NCBI GenBank assembly: GCA_043228905.1
Contig: JBHGNT010000006.1
Span: forward strand, 6,510,001 to 6,574,000
DNA: 64,000 nucleotides
Source of the DNA: Azolla caroliniana
Taxonomy: Eukaryota > Plantae > Polypodiophyta
Reading direction: 5' to 3'
Positions 50,060 through 62,200 of the stretch are shown piece after piece (within the stretch, counting starts at the first letter, position 1; every line of letters begins with the position of its first letter). The position numbers and the translations under genes were made by a program. The notes under the pieces are model-generated. The model did not search any database, was not told the origin of the DNA, and saw nothing but the letters and a program-made list of their open reading frames with translations.

Positions 50060-50521
50060 GCATCCCCGATCATCCATAGTCTCATCTTTTTCTTCCACCG
50101 CGCATCCTTTTATCAGAATGTCATCTAGGAACGGCATTGTTATCTCCTGAATGCAGTCACGGAGCACCTTGTTCATTGCATTCATCATATGTGTGACCGA
50201 GTTTGTTGCGCCTTGTGGTAGTGTGCACATACGGACTAATCCTATCGGTGTCCGCATGGTAGTGATGTCTCGGCTCTCCACGGCTAGTTGGCATCCCCGA
50301 TCATCCATAGTCTCATCTTTTTCTTCCACTGCGCATCCTTTTATCGGAATGTCATCTAGGAATGGCATCGTTATCTCCAGAATGCAGTCCCGGAGCACCT
50401 TGTTCATTGCATTCATCATATGTGCAACCGAGTTTGTTGCGCCTTGTGGTAGTGTGCACATACAGACTAATCCTATCGGTGTCCGCATGGTAGTGATGTC
50501 TTGGCTCTCCACGGCTAGTTG
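50060..50521 (-). repeat. 231-bp in-frame tandem duplication within the E2 RT
   Basis: QLAVES.DITTMRTPIG...PFLDD...DDRGC occurs twice. Confidence 0.92.
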
Positions 50522-53500
50522 GAATTGGTCATATCCGGAGTATAGGTCTCCGATGGAGTATATCGCGCGACCGGCAAATGCTTCCGCAAATTTGTCCACT
50601 ATCGGACCGACTCCGGAGTTCCGGATCGTGACCTTGTTCACTGGTTGCAAATCTTGAATAAATCGGAGTGACCAATTCTTCTTCAGAACCATAAACCATC
50701 GATTTGAGTACGGAGCGTTTGATGGCTCTAGAATCCCCATCGCCATCTTCTCCTTGAGCAAGTCGATGACTTTCGGAATATGCGCCCATGGCACCGGAAT
50801 CGGCTTAGGTTCCATGGCACATGGTCAATCGTGAAGATCACCATCGGCTCCACTATCTTCGGATCAATGCACCCTATCTCCTTCGATGTGAATGCAAATG
50901 CTTTCCCATGTTGTTCCAACATCCCTCGGAATCGTTCTTCTTCATTTTGTAAAAGGAAACCACCTCCACCGATCCGAAGTTTCTTCCGGGTCTCATCCGT
51001 GAAGGCATGTCCGATATCCACGGACTTCCGAAGTGTCGGATCTCCCGAGACTTCTTTCCTCTTTTGTTCGCTATCGGCGGGTAGTGGTCCCGCGACCGGT
51101 TTCACCTTCTTCTCCACGGTCTTGTATTTCGTACTTACCATTGCTTCTTCTTTGCGGAGCGCATCCGGCCCCATTTTCACAATGATCTCGTACATCTCGA
51201 CCGATTCCACCGGGACTACCCGGTCTCTCTGGCTTGTATCTTTCGCGAGCTCTTCAAGCCATTGTAGCGTGCTCCCATAGAACACTTCTTCGACTATTCC
51301 CACAATTGCTTCATCTTCTTTTATTATTGATGCCGACCGTAACTTATCCTCCACTTTTCGGTATTCTTTCTTCATTCCTCCGGTTATGGCCGTGCACGTA
51401 GCTCCCCCATCCGGACCGATTCCTACTTGTTTTGCTCCGAGAGTTTTCTTCCTATGTGGGTTATCAAGGCTTCTCGGACTATCACTTCCCCACTCCGCAA
51501 CAGTCCGCTCTAAAAATCCATCCTTGTTTGGGACAAGAGCTCTCTCTTGTTCCTTTCATGATTTGCCGGCACAGTTAGGAATTGGACGGATTTCCCTCCG
51601 CTTTGGCTCCAAATTCGTGCGAAAGCCGCACCGTTATCGAGCACCTTTGTCTCCATCCGTGAAGCCGTGATAAAGGGTTGTCCGAGGATCACGGAGTGTG
51701 AGACCTCGTTTTGTATGAAGAAATTTTGGTCAATCTCGACATCCTCGATCTTCACCATCACATCCGGACAAGCCGCAAATAGATCTTCCATTGCTTTAGT
51801 GGCTGCCCGGATCTTCCATCCATGATTGGTGTTAATAGGCCACGTCCCCTTCCGGTAGAACTCCTTAGACATCAAATTGATCTCCGATCCGTGATCAATC
51901 AATGCTAGCATGGGCTCTTTGATGTTGCCGATTCGGACCGGAGTCTTCGTAGTTGCACGTGCCCAGTGTGGCCTTGTGTAGTGGGAGTTCGGAATTTCGT
52001 CCTCCACTTCGGTGTCGTTCTTCAAAACGGTATTTGCATTCACCATCGGCGCATTTTCCTCCGTACTTTGTCTTTTTCTCTTGACGAGATCCGCAAGAAG
52101 ATCATGGAACTCCTTCTTCGCTATTCCGAGTAATTCCCGAAGCGAAAATTCTACCCGGCTATCGAGGATTCTCTCCTCGAACACTTTCTTTATGTCTGTT
52201 CGTTGCTCGATGTCCGAAGCGAGCTTGAATGCCGGAATCGTCTTTTCTTTTCCCTTCCCTCCGGAGTTCCAGCTTTCCAGTGTCTTTGATGGTTGGCCGC
52301 ATCATCCATGCGTCGTCATTTTTCATCCACATACACTTCATGCAATTGACATAGCGCATGTACGCTATTCTTATCTACGGGGCACTCCCATCCCGTGGCT
52401 TCCCGGATACATTCTGCGGCGCTTCGGATTTCATCATGGTCGGCTTTCTTTGAAATTTCTAACACTTCCGGCCAAAAAGACGCCTTTGTTGCAGATGACT
52501 CCCCCACACGTATTCCCGCAATTATCGCATAATTGTCTTTCGCCGTGATCTCCTCCTCTAGGACCTTCTTCATGCCGCCTTTCCGGAAGTTCGGTCGGAG
52601 TGACTTCCAAGAGTCCATCGAATGGATCCGATTTCCCTCGTAATAGATAAGATCTCGTCGTAATGCCTCCTTGTGTTCGTCGCAATCCCTCCGATCATGT
52701 TCGGTGCTATCGCACCATATGCACCGACAGTCCATATACTTGGAGCTTGTGGGACGATCATCCGACTTCTTTACCATCGCGATTTTTAGATTCTCCATTT
52801 CTTTCAGCAACTGCTCAACCGTGGTTGCGTCGATTCCCTTCTCGGTCGTAGTCTCCCGAGCCCGTGGTTGATAGTCTTCAGATCCGGATCTCGGTTTCTG
52901 AATCGGTTCCGAAACCCTCTTCTCTTCGTTGGCAAGCCACTCTCGGTAGTCGTGTCCTCTAGAAGCACTCCAAGATCCTTCCGGTCCCAAACGTCTACGG
53001 CTCATAAGAACATGATAACTTTGTCTAGTGCGAGATAGCTTGATCTCTCGTAGACAACCTCCCGAACCGACTTTCGAATGCCGAAAACACATTGAGGACC
53101 TTCATCCCCTTGTCTGGCGTTTCTACCCAATCCTCGAATCCTCTCCACGTTGCCTTGGAGGAGTCCTCGATAGCGAACGTGGTCTTTCGTGCCTCTTCAA
53201 ACGTATCCCACGTCGGATTTTGTTGTTGTAGCCCGTGGATACTTGCATGAAACCCGTCGGTAGCTACCCGGTTGAAGGATGTCGCTTGCAGTCCTTCCGA
53301 AATCCCGCCTCATATCATTTCCGCCTTGTAGTCCCGAAGATAGCGTGATACGTCCTTCCCGTTGAATTGCCCGATCCGTTGCACGAGCCGCTCTACTGTC
53401 GCCGCTATCTCCGACATCACACGTTGTTCTTGAAGCATCCGCTTGAACATCATCATCATGTCGTTAGCCTCCGGTTGATTTTCCATCTCCTTGCCACCCG

Positions 53501-54085
53501 TGTTCACGTCGGGTTCACCACTTGTGTCGTGCCTTTCGGCTCCGGATCGTTGCGTGAATCGGGTGGGAACCACCGAGGTTTTGGACTTGGAGAAAAGAAA
53601 ATTCTAAGATAATTAAGAATATGAAATATATGGTAAGAAAGAAAGATATAAGATATGAAAAACTCGTGAATCCCACAAGTATAGTGTATTAGTGAGTACT
53701 CAGATTGAGAGAGAAAATTAGTTAGCAAATTCGTGAATCCCATGATTATATTACATTAATCAACCCTTGTAAAATAATCAACAACCCCCCATACATCTTT
53801 CTCTCCTCCTTATATAAGGATGGAAGAGGCTAAGCATAGCTTCATGCTTTTTCTAAAGTGTTCATGCACACTAAATGTGCATGAGCTACCTTTTTACACT
53901 ATGCTTTTATTTCCTAAATATAGTGCTCATGCTCGCTAGATATGCACGAGTCATTTTTTATTAGTGTACATTTTTCTTATAAATAAAGTATTCACGTATT
54001 CTAAAAAAGGCATGACTTACATTTTAATAAAGGTAGGCGTAAATAAAGGTCTTATACGTATTAAATCTATATTTCGAACTCTTCG

Positions 54086-54158
54086 AATAAGTTAGTACAA
54101 TGGTAAGGTTGGAGTTTTGTCTACGTGGAGGTATAGGGTTCGAATCCTGCCCTATGCA
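54086..54158 (+). promoter_or_regulatory. tRNA-Asp(GTC)-like Pol III A/B-box cassette in the E2 LTR
   Basis: A box TAGTACAATGG 54093-54103, GTC 54119-54121, B box GGTTCGAATCC 54137-54147, T5 run at ~54178. Confidence 0.7.
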
Positions 54159-56645
54159 CCTATGCACGTAATAAATATTTTTAATATTTTATTTTATTTA
54201 TTATACGTACTTTAAATCGGATATAGTATTTTACATATTTCACGTAGTGTGTGATTCACACTACGACAACGTCACCCCTCATGAGAAGTTTTTTGAAAAG
54301 AAGTCGGATCTATCACATGTCCGGATATTCGGCTCAATCGCCTATGTACATATTCCCGACGAAAAACGACAAAAGGTTGATCCAAAGTCGGAGAAATGTC
54401 CCCTCGTAGGGTACTCACTAGAACAAAAGGGGTACAAATGTTACAATCCTTCTATCCGAAAAGCTCGAGTAAGTCGAGACGTCGTTTTTGACGAGTCGAC
54501 ATCCTGGTATGAACCAGAGACGACTCTGATTTTGACCCCAATCAACCCGGAATCGGCCGAACAAGAGACAGAAGAAGAAGATCGACTCAGGCGCATGTTC
54601 GAAGAAAGTCCGATCACGACTCGACTAAGGGAACCACAATATCCATCGAGCAATCAAAACACATCTCGGCCGAGTCCGAACCTGGACAAAGGAAATGCCA
54701 AACTGTTGGAGTACGAAGATCTGATCGAAATCGAGTCAACTCACTCTCTCGACAGTGAGTTTGAAGGGTTTGACATCCCGATCGTCCAGACAAATGGAGC
54801 AAAGAAAGCCATAGCCTCTACAAATGAGAAGCTCCATTGCTCCATCCGAGACAAAAACTTGGTTAGCCAGTTCAGCTACGATGAATATATGGCATATCAC
54901 TATGCCTTTATGATGAAGGTAGCAACAATATGGGAGCCGAAAATGTTTTCCGAAGCTGCCAAGGAACCGCAATGGGTCAACGCGATGAATGAGCAGATGC
55001 AGGCCCTACGCAAAAACGAGACATGGAATCTCATTCCCCACTCTACACAAGGAAACAATCGGTTGTAGATGGATATATAATGTAAAATACAACATTGACG
55101 GCTTGGTAAATCGCTACAAGGCACAACTTGTAGCTAAGGGATACGCTCAAACACATAGAGTCAATTACGAGGAGACCTTTCCCCAATGGCAAAGATGACG
55201 AATGTTCGAACAATTATTGCTCTCGCAGGTGCAAAAGGGTGGCACCTCCATCAGATGAACATAAAGAAAGCCTTCCTACAAGGTGATTTAGATGAGGGGG
55301 TCTTCATGGTTCCACGGTTTCGAATCGATGAAACACCCAACAGCAGTCTGTCGACTCAAGAAGCCTTTATACGGTCTCAAGCAAGCACCACGTGCTTGGC
55401 AATCGAAGATTACTCAGTATCTTCACCAAATCGACTTCCGAATGTCGAAAACGGACAACTCCTTATACATCTGAAAAGAGTTGAACAACCTGAATGTCAT
55501 CATCCTATAGGTGGATGATCTGGTCATCGGAGGAAAGGATCTCGTCGAGATCAATAAGGTCAAATCACTCTTATCTAGCATATTCAAAATGAAAGATATG
55601 CACAAGCTCCATTACTTCCTCAGTATCGAAGTAATTCAGACACCAGTCGGGATATTGATCTCTCAACGGCACTACATTCTCAACTTACTATACAAATTTG
55701 GAATGACCAAGTGCAAACCTATGTCTACCCCTCTCAAGATAAATCTCAAGCTCGATGTCGATTCGGGCATAGTCGAGTGCGAACTGACTCAATATCAACA
55801 ACTGATCGGCAACCTAATCTATCTAACCATCATACGACCCAATCTTAACTATTCGGTCGGCCTACTTAGCCAATTCATACAGAATCTTCGAAATGTTCAT
55901 CTCGATTGCGTTAAGAGGGTACTTAGGTACGTTCATGGGACGATGGATTTCGGCATCATATACAAGTCGTATACGATCATCTGGCTCGAAGGATACACAA
56001 ACGCAGACTAGGCCAGCTATAAGGCCGATAGACGATCGACTTCTAGATTCGTTTTCTCCCTCGGCAGTGGAGCGATCTCCTTGAGCAGCAAGAAACAATC
56101 GATAATCGCACTGTCTAGCATGGAGGCCGAATACAGGGGCGCAGCAGTCGCCACATGCGAAGCCATAGAGCTCAAACATATCCTGAAGGATCTGGGTGCA
56201 CCCATCAAGGATTTGATTCGCCTATACTGCGACAACATAAGCATTATCTACCTGGCTCGGAACCTCGTGTTCCACGCGCGGACTAAGGATATCGAAGTAC
56301 ACTATCACTTCATCAGCGAGCACGTACAAGCCGGAGATGTCGACCTACAGCACATCAACATGAATCTTCAAGTGGCCGACATCTTCACAAAAGTCGTGGG
56401 TATCGACAAACTGCACCAATTCACGACGAACCTTGGTCTCTTGATCACCAACTAGCCGCGCTTGAGGGGGACTATAGCAACAACCGATGCCAAACAATAA
56501 CCGATCAGTCGATCGAAGCCAACCAGAGGAGTCGAAGTACGAACAAACCGAAAAACAAAAACCGAAAGCGAACAACCGAATCAAAGTATTTCGAAGACCG
56601 AACCGAAACAACTTTTCGGCATCCGAAGTTGTGTTCGAAGGGACG

Positions 56646-56852
56646 TGTTGAGAATCGAACTCAACTTCCCATACGAATAGTGTCGAACTCAACTTCCCAT
56701 ACGAATAGTGTTCGCACTAGTCAGTGGACAACTTACTAGGATAGATTTGTAATTAGCAAAAAGGGCATTTGCCCTAGAATAGTTGGTATTTAAACCAACC
56801 TTTTGTAACTGAGTAACTGTAGGATGTAATATACAGTTTCCCATTTTTTTTG

Positions 56853-56901
<49 letters not shown>

Positions 56902-56963
56902 CTCACGTGCACATATACACACACGGTCCTTCTGCTGCACAGAATCACTCTCGATTATTTTCA
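56646..56963 (+). repeat. Copia A 3' LTR, with a 28-bp internal duplication at 56655-56710
   Basis: TG...CA ends, followed by TSD GTTAC. Confidence 0.9.
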
Positions 56964-57135
56964 GTTACTTTAGTAAATTTTTTGTTAGAATTGAATCTGT
57001 AATAGATGCCATAAACACTTCGTCCTAAAGGAACCTTTCATGTTTTTGCATATAACTCCACGTGCATGTGCTACTCAAGTGACACTAGGGAGGACATGAT
57101 GTCGTGTGAAGATTTTCAAACCCCCTTATAGATCT

Positions 57136-58390
57136 CCTTTCATATAATTAACAATTGAGTCCAGAACCATCCCCTTGGGTTCCACGTCAGTCCACTAACT
57201 TGTTGTTGTGCATATAACCAGAGCCTATCCCACAATTGAGCTATTGGCGGTTGTGGATCCAGTAGCCATTCCTTACCAAATTTGGCAATCATCCTAACTA
57301 GCACAGTGAGCAGGTTCTGTAATAAATTATTTGAGGGTGTATAAGGCGGAAATTTATTGTCTAGTTGAATATGCAAATAAAAAATACATCCGTCTACAGA
57401 AATTCCTTTAACATATGCTCCTCCATAAGTTAAAGCATCATGCCATTCATAAGGCATCCGAACCACATATGCTCTTGCGTTGGTTGAAGTCGCGCCGAGG
57501 ATTGTGAGAAAGCCGTTGAGATTTCCGTTGTCATTGTTTTTGCACCATATAGCGAGTGTAACTGCTTAAGCCGATCCACTTCTAGCATCTGCTAAAATTG
57601 ATTCCAAGATCTCACTGATGTTGTTGGCCCATTGTCAAGTTTTTCCTGGGCGAGACGAGTCCTAAAGCCCAATACATTTCCAATAGAATCCCGTACGAGA
57701 GAATTAGCTAATAGCAGTTGATTCATCCAACCATCCCACATGGCAGGCATCTATTTGTGTAAGAAAATCTTGGTTGCATCCCATGCTCTGACGATTCCCA
57801 GGAGAAATCTATTGGATGTCAGATTTCTTCTTGGTGTTTGTGCATCTGTCAAGAACATCCATTTCAAAGAAGGCAACCAGTTGCCTCCGTTTTGGGAGAT
57901 AATTGCATTAGCTGATTAAGCATCATACCTTTCTAGGACTCTGTCCCTAGCAACAGTCCTCTGACTACAAACTTTGTTAGGAGAGCTCGAGATTGCATCA
58001 AGGGATCTATTAAAGCGAACCTTCCTTGGCTTTTGGGCCTAATCAAAACTTCCCATGCCACCTTGGCCACTGCACGAGACCCATTTTTCCCCCCCAACGG
58101 AAGTTACGTATGAGGCTTTGAACTTTCATGATTGCCGACCTAGAGAACAACCAAACTGATGCAATAAACCACATTGAGGCCAACAGCACCGAGTTTGTGA
58201 TCACAACCCGGCCTGCAAAGGATAGGTGTTGAGAGTCCCAATACACTAGCTTACGCTTGATTGATAACAATGGAGATAACATCGCTTCAGATGGTAATTC
58301 TATACCAACAAGACAACCTAAATAACGAATGGGCTCCCCATGATTAAGCCAACGGAACGCAGGACTTGGATACCACGGTGGACGTGGTTC
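57136..58390 (-). mobile_element. L1-like LINE ORF2 fragment (post-RT region)
   Basis: PIRYLG...W...LSFAGRVVITNSVL...IRNFRWGG...VAW. Confidence 0.8.
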
Positions 58391-58900
58391 ATCATTATTT
58401 GGGCTTTGTTTAAACATTTTTCAATTTTTTCGTTTCTCAAAAGTTGATCAATGGTTCAATTTAATACCATTTAATTGTATCATTATTTGGGCTTTGTTTC
58501 AACATTATTCAATTTTTTCTTTTCTCAAAAGTTGATCAATGGTTCATTTAATAGAAGCTAGTGAGTCCAAATGTCAAGTATAAGTTAACAAAATGATAAG
58601 AATTCAAAATAATTACATGCTATTGAAATCCTAAAAGAAACATGGCAAAATTTTGGTCAATGATAATACAAACATGCTAATAATAGTGTTTATGAATTCT
58701 AATTTCTAAGCATAAACTTTTACAAGTCCAATAGATTTTGATTTTGTTGGTCAGTGATTTTGATTTTGTTGAATTTAACTTCATTGAAAAAATGGCACCT
58801 TATTGATATCCTAAAAGAAACATGGAAAAAGTTTGGTCAATGATAAAACATACATTTTGATGTGCATTGATGGATTCAAATTTCTGAGCATAAATGTTTC
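58390..58900. repeat. Two adjacent degenerate tandem duplications (~90 bp and ~180 bp units)
   Basis: ATCATTATTTGGGCTTTGTTT...TTGATCAATGGTTCA twice; TATTGA.ATCCTAAAAGAAACATGG...TTTGGTCAATGATAA twice. Confidence 0.75.
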
Positions 58901-61180
58901 CAATTTCTGTAGCCCTGGTTTTGTCGATAAGTGGCGAATTTAACTTTACAAAGAGATTAATACCAAAGGTAATAATAGAAGAACTCTATTAACATTAAAT
59001 AGAATCTACTCATAAAGTGCAACAACATTAGAATGCCCTACCTTTGTTAGATCGGTCATGCCCTACCTTTGTTAGATCGGTATTGCCCCTTAGAATGATA
59101 TTAAGAAATGCATACAAGTGTGGTGTGGTTATGTCGTAAATGATTTTGGCTTGTTAATAATCCTCTCAACAATAAGGAAACAAATGTTATATGGATGTGA
59201 GATAAAATTGGAAAGTGCAAGTTCAAACTATCATTACGGAAAATCTGTTTGATTTTTGTTTTGTGAACATTGGTGACAAGGTAAAAAAGGCTTGATATCA
59301 TGTTTGTTTAAGCAAATGAAGGACTTATCATGAGAATCATATGATATTGCTTTAATATTTCCGTATGATTAGAGTTGGTTGTAGTTGTCATCTAGAAGTG
59401 TACGAGCACTTTATATGAATGGCATTTAACATATGAAAATGATAGAGGATTCTAAGGTAGAAGGATATATGTTAATGACCCGCGGCGCACCTATCAAGTT
59501 TTTTACATGTTTTATGGGAGTTCCATGAGTCAAATTTAGTTTTAATCTTGGAAATAAATCCCTTGTCATTAGAAGGGTGCCTTGTTTATTTCAAATACGA
59601 TAAAGCTATGACGTCCATTCATTATTTTCTCTTGCTTGGAAAGAATCAATTTTGTTATAATATAAAAAACAGTATGTACTTATATCTCATGGGTTAGTTA
59701 TTCCCAAACAAAGTTTTAAAATTTATATGTAAGCCAAGGTGATCATGAGCATGCCAATCTTTGTATTAGCCATTCCAACAAGTGGAGAGTTGCATAGCTC
59801 AACAATATTGGGATGTGAGTGTTTCTTGGAATAGGCAAGAAAATTAACATCTATTGAATTTCAACCGTCTCCTTAGAAATGTGATTTTGTTCTCTTGCAC
59901 TACTATATTTACGATTATTAGACACTTTGGTAAAGAGCCACCACTTCCCACATTGCATAGTAGGGTGTTGTTGACGTGATACTAGCTTCTAACCACACTT
60001 TTTCCATTTAAATGGTTGTTCATGATATATGATCATGTCTATCTTTTTATTATCTATAGGTGGTTGATAGAAAATGTCTAAATGGATATGGCCTTCCAAA
60101 GTAGCAAAAAGATTCTAGATTTGTTTTCTTTTTGTCTCTATTGTGTCTTCCCTTCATGATGTTCACAGGAGTGGCAACAATTGTATTATGACTTTGGTTT
60201 CTTGACTTGTCCACTATTTGTTAGAATTTCTCAAAACTACAAGACTTCACAAAAATGTAGATCCCTCCAAGTTAGTTCTACCAAAATATTTTGTTACCTC
60301 AGATGAGCACACCATTGAGGGATATGGATATACATGCACGTTGCCTACAGAAGACCTGCCATGGGAACTCTACCTAAGTATTAGTGGAGTTATAATAGCT
60401 TTAAATGGTTGGTGCTAGTCTATTTCTAATGGTTAATTACATTTTATATGTAAATGTTTAAAACCTTGTTTCCCAAGTAAGCTCCATTGCCATAAAATAC
60501 ACTTCATGAAAAGTGCAACTTTCTAGTAAGTCAAGTGATTTTCTTTGATCAAATGGCATAGTAAGTCATACTATAATCGAATAGATTCCATTAACTTTTC
60601 TTTGTAATACTCGTCAAACATTGGGAAATGATGCCCACATTTTCACACATAAGAGCCACTAAGGTCATCCTAGACATGGGTATTTCGTATATTTTACATT
60701 TTTGCGGTCAACATGTTTTCATAAACAAAAAATGATATGAGTTTCTTTCTTGCAATCATTTGACGGTGGGAATATGCATTTCGTTTATTCGGGCTATAGC
60801 CGCATGTTCTAAGGTGTGTGACACGCATTGCGATGCCACCAGATGATGATGGATGCCATGCCAGCTAATGTGAGGCCATTGCCTTGTCAATCTGTAACAA
60901 ATATGTATGGTGGATTAAGGAGGGAAGGGACACTTTATGAGGAGAAGCTTCCACTAGGATAAAGTGTACCCGACAACAACGCAAAAAGTCTGGGGATGGT
61001 GGGGCCAGAGCAAGTGGTTCCAAAACATGTGTAGGGACAACCAACAAGGGAAAGTTGGGTTGGTGATTGGTGAAAAACACACATTGTGTCCTTAAATGTG
61101 GCAAGGACGTTTCCTCAAGGCAAGGGGGACAGGGAGAGAGAAAGACATATGGCAAAAAAGAAAGCCATAAAGAGTAGCCA

Positions 61181-61183
<3 letters not shown>

Positions 61184-61230
<47 letters not shown>
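61184..61230. repeat. (TC)n microsatellite upstream of the transporter gene
   Basis: Directly visible. Confidence 0.95.
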
Positions 61231-61234
<4 letters not shown>

Positions 61235-61332
61235 TTATATGTGTGTGCTCATGCCAATGCCATTTTGACAAGTCCTTCTTAGCATAAACAAGAAGAACCC
61301 CACTCCTCCACATTAAGGTTCTCCAATTGTTC

Positions 61333-61339
61333 TATATAG
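61333..61339 (+). promoter_or_regulatory. Candidate TATA box
   Basis: CTATATAGA ~90 nt before the ATG, followed by a pyrimidine-rich tract. Confidence 0.4.
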
Positions 61340-61423
61340 AGACTTCATTAGACCTTGGGCTTCTTCTTCTTCTTGCCTCCTAAGATTACACACACATCTA
61401 TATATCATTTTATATATTGAAAC

Positions 61424-62026
61424 ATGGCCTTTGGCAATCCAGGCCCCCTTGGCCTATGGGCTTTTGCCCTCACAACATTCATCTTGTCTTGCTACAATGC
61501 CGGGATCTTCGGCGCCCACATCTCCACCCCAACCAATGTGGTCGTCGGGGTCGCCGTGTTCTATGGCGGGGTAGGCCAATTGGTGGCGGGAATGTGGGAG
61601 CTCGGGAGCGGCAACACATTTGCCGCCACCGCCTTCGCCTCGTATGCCGGCTTTTGGCTCTCATATGCCGCCATTCTCATCCCGGGGTTTGGGGTCGTGA
61701 GCGCATTCTCCTCCGACTCGGACACCGAAGATGTGTCCCACGCCATAGCCATCTTCCTCTTGGCTTGGACCATTCTCACGGTCTTGCTCCTCGTGGCGAG
61801 CTTCCGGACAACTGTCGGCCTTGTCGTCCTCTTTGTTTTTCTCACCACAACATTTCTACTCCTCACCATTGCCGAGTACAATCATAGCGACCATGTGAAA
61901 CGGGCCGGGGGCTTCTTCGGTATCTTCACGGCCATCATCGCATGGTATAATGGGCTAGCCGGGCTCCTCGCGTCCCAAAACCCGCCCCTCATCGCACTCC
62001 CCGACCTCAAACTCCATTCGGGATGA
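61424..62026 (+). CDS. GPR1/FUN34/YaaH (AceTr; Ady2/SatP-like) acetate/carboxylate transporter, 200 aa, intronless
   Basis: Family signature FGNPGPLGLWAF, plus FYGGVGQLVAGMWE and GNTFAATAFASYAGFWLS; six hydrophobic segments; intact ORF. Confidence 0.93.
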   Translation: MAFGNPGPLGLWAFALTTFILSCYNAGIFGAHISTPTNVVVGVAVFYGGVGQLVAGMWELGSGNTFAATAFASYAGFWLSYAAILIPGFGVVSAFSSDSDTEDVSHAIAIFLLAWTILTVLLLVASFRTTVGLVVLFVFLTTTFLLLTIAEYNHSDHVKRAGGFFGIFTAIIAWYNGLAGLLASQNPPLIALPDLKLHSG

Positions 62027-62200
62027 TCCCTCTCCATTCATCCATCCATCCATCTATCTATCAATTTCCATCCGTCTTGTTGCTCCAAATGAATGGTGTG
62101 ATCCTCTAAAGCTCTGTGGCTACTTTTGTAATTCTGTAAATCATTGGGGCGTGTCTCTGTTTTTATCTTTTCCAAAAGGTTCTTCTTAGTGAGTAGTGCC

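Larger units (their letters stand above)
49038..54268 (-). mobile_element. Gypsy E2 (tRNA-Trp PBS), 3'-truncated
   Basis: LTR 53525-54268; 18-nt Trp PBS at 53503-53520; gag, PR (LIDHGSEIN), RT and RNase H. Flank ACGT lies in the Copia A integrase. Confidence 0.92.
18204..56963 (+). mobile_element. Ty1/Copia element A, the outermost element of the nest
   Basis: LTRs 18204-18492 and 56646-56963; TSD GTTAC on both sides. Own sequence: gag 18618-19401 plus 19828-20106 (zinc knuckle, WFVDSGASNH), integrase 27116-27307, and INT/RT/RNase H 54273-56455. Confidence 0.92.

Noticed and set aside
54086-54158. Functional tRNA-Asp gene
   Set aside because: Acceptor and anticodon stems do not pair; only the promoter boxes and spacing are retained.
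61417-61887. Overlapping 156-aa alternative-frame ORF
   Set aside because: Non-ATG start and Arg/His/Cys-rich, a by-product of high third-position GC in the transporter gene.
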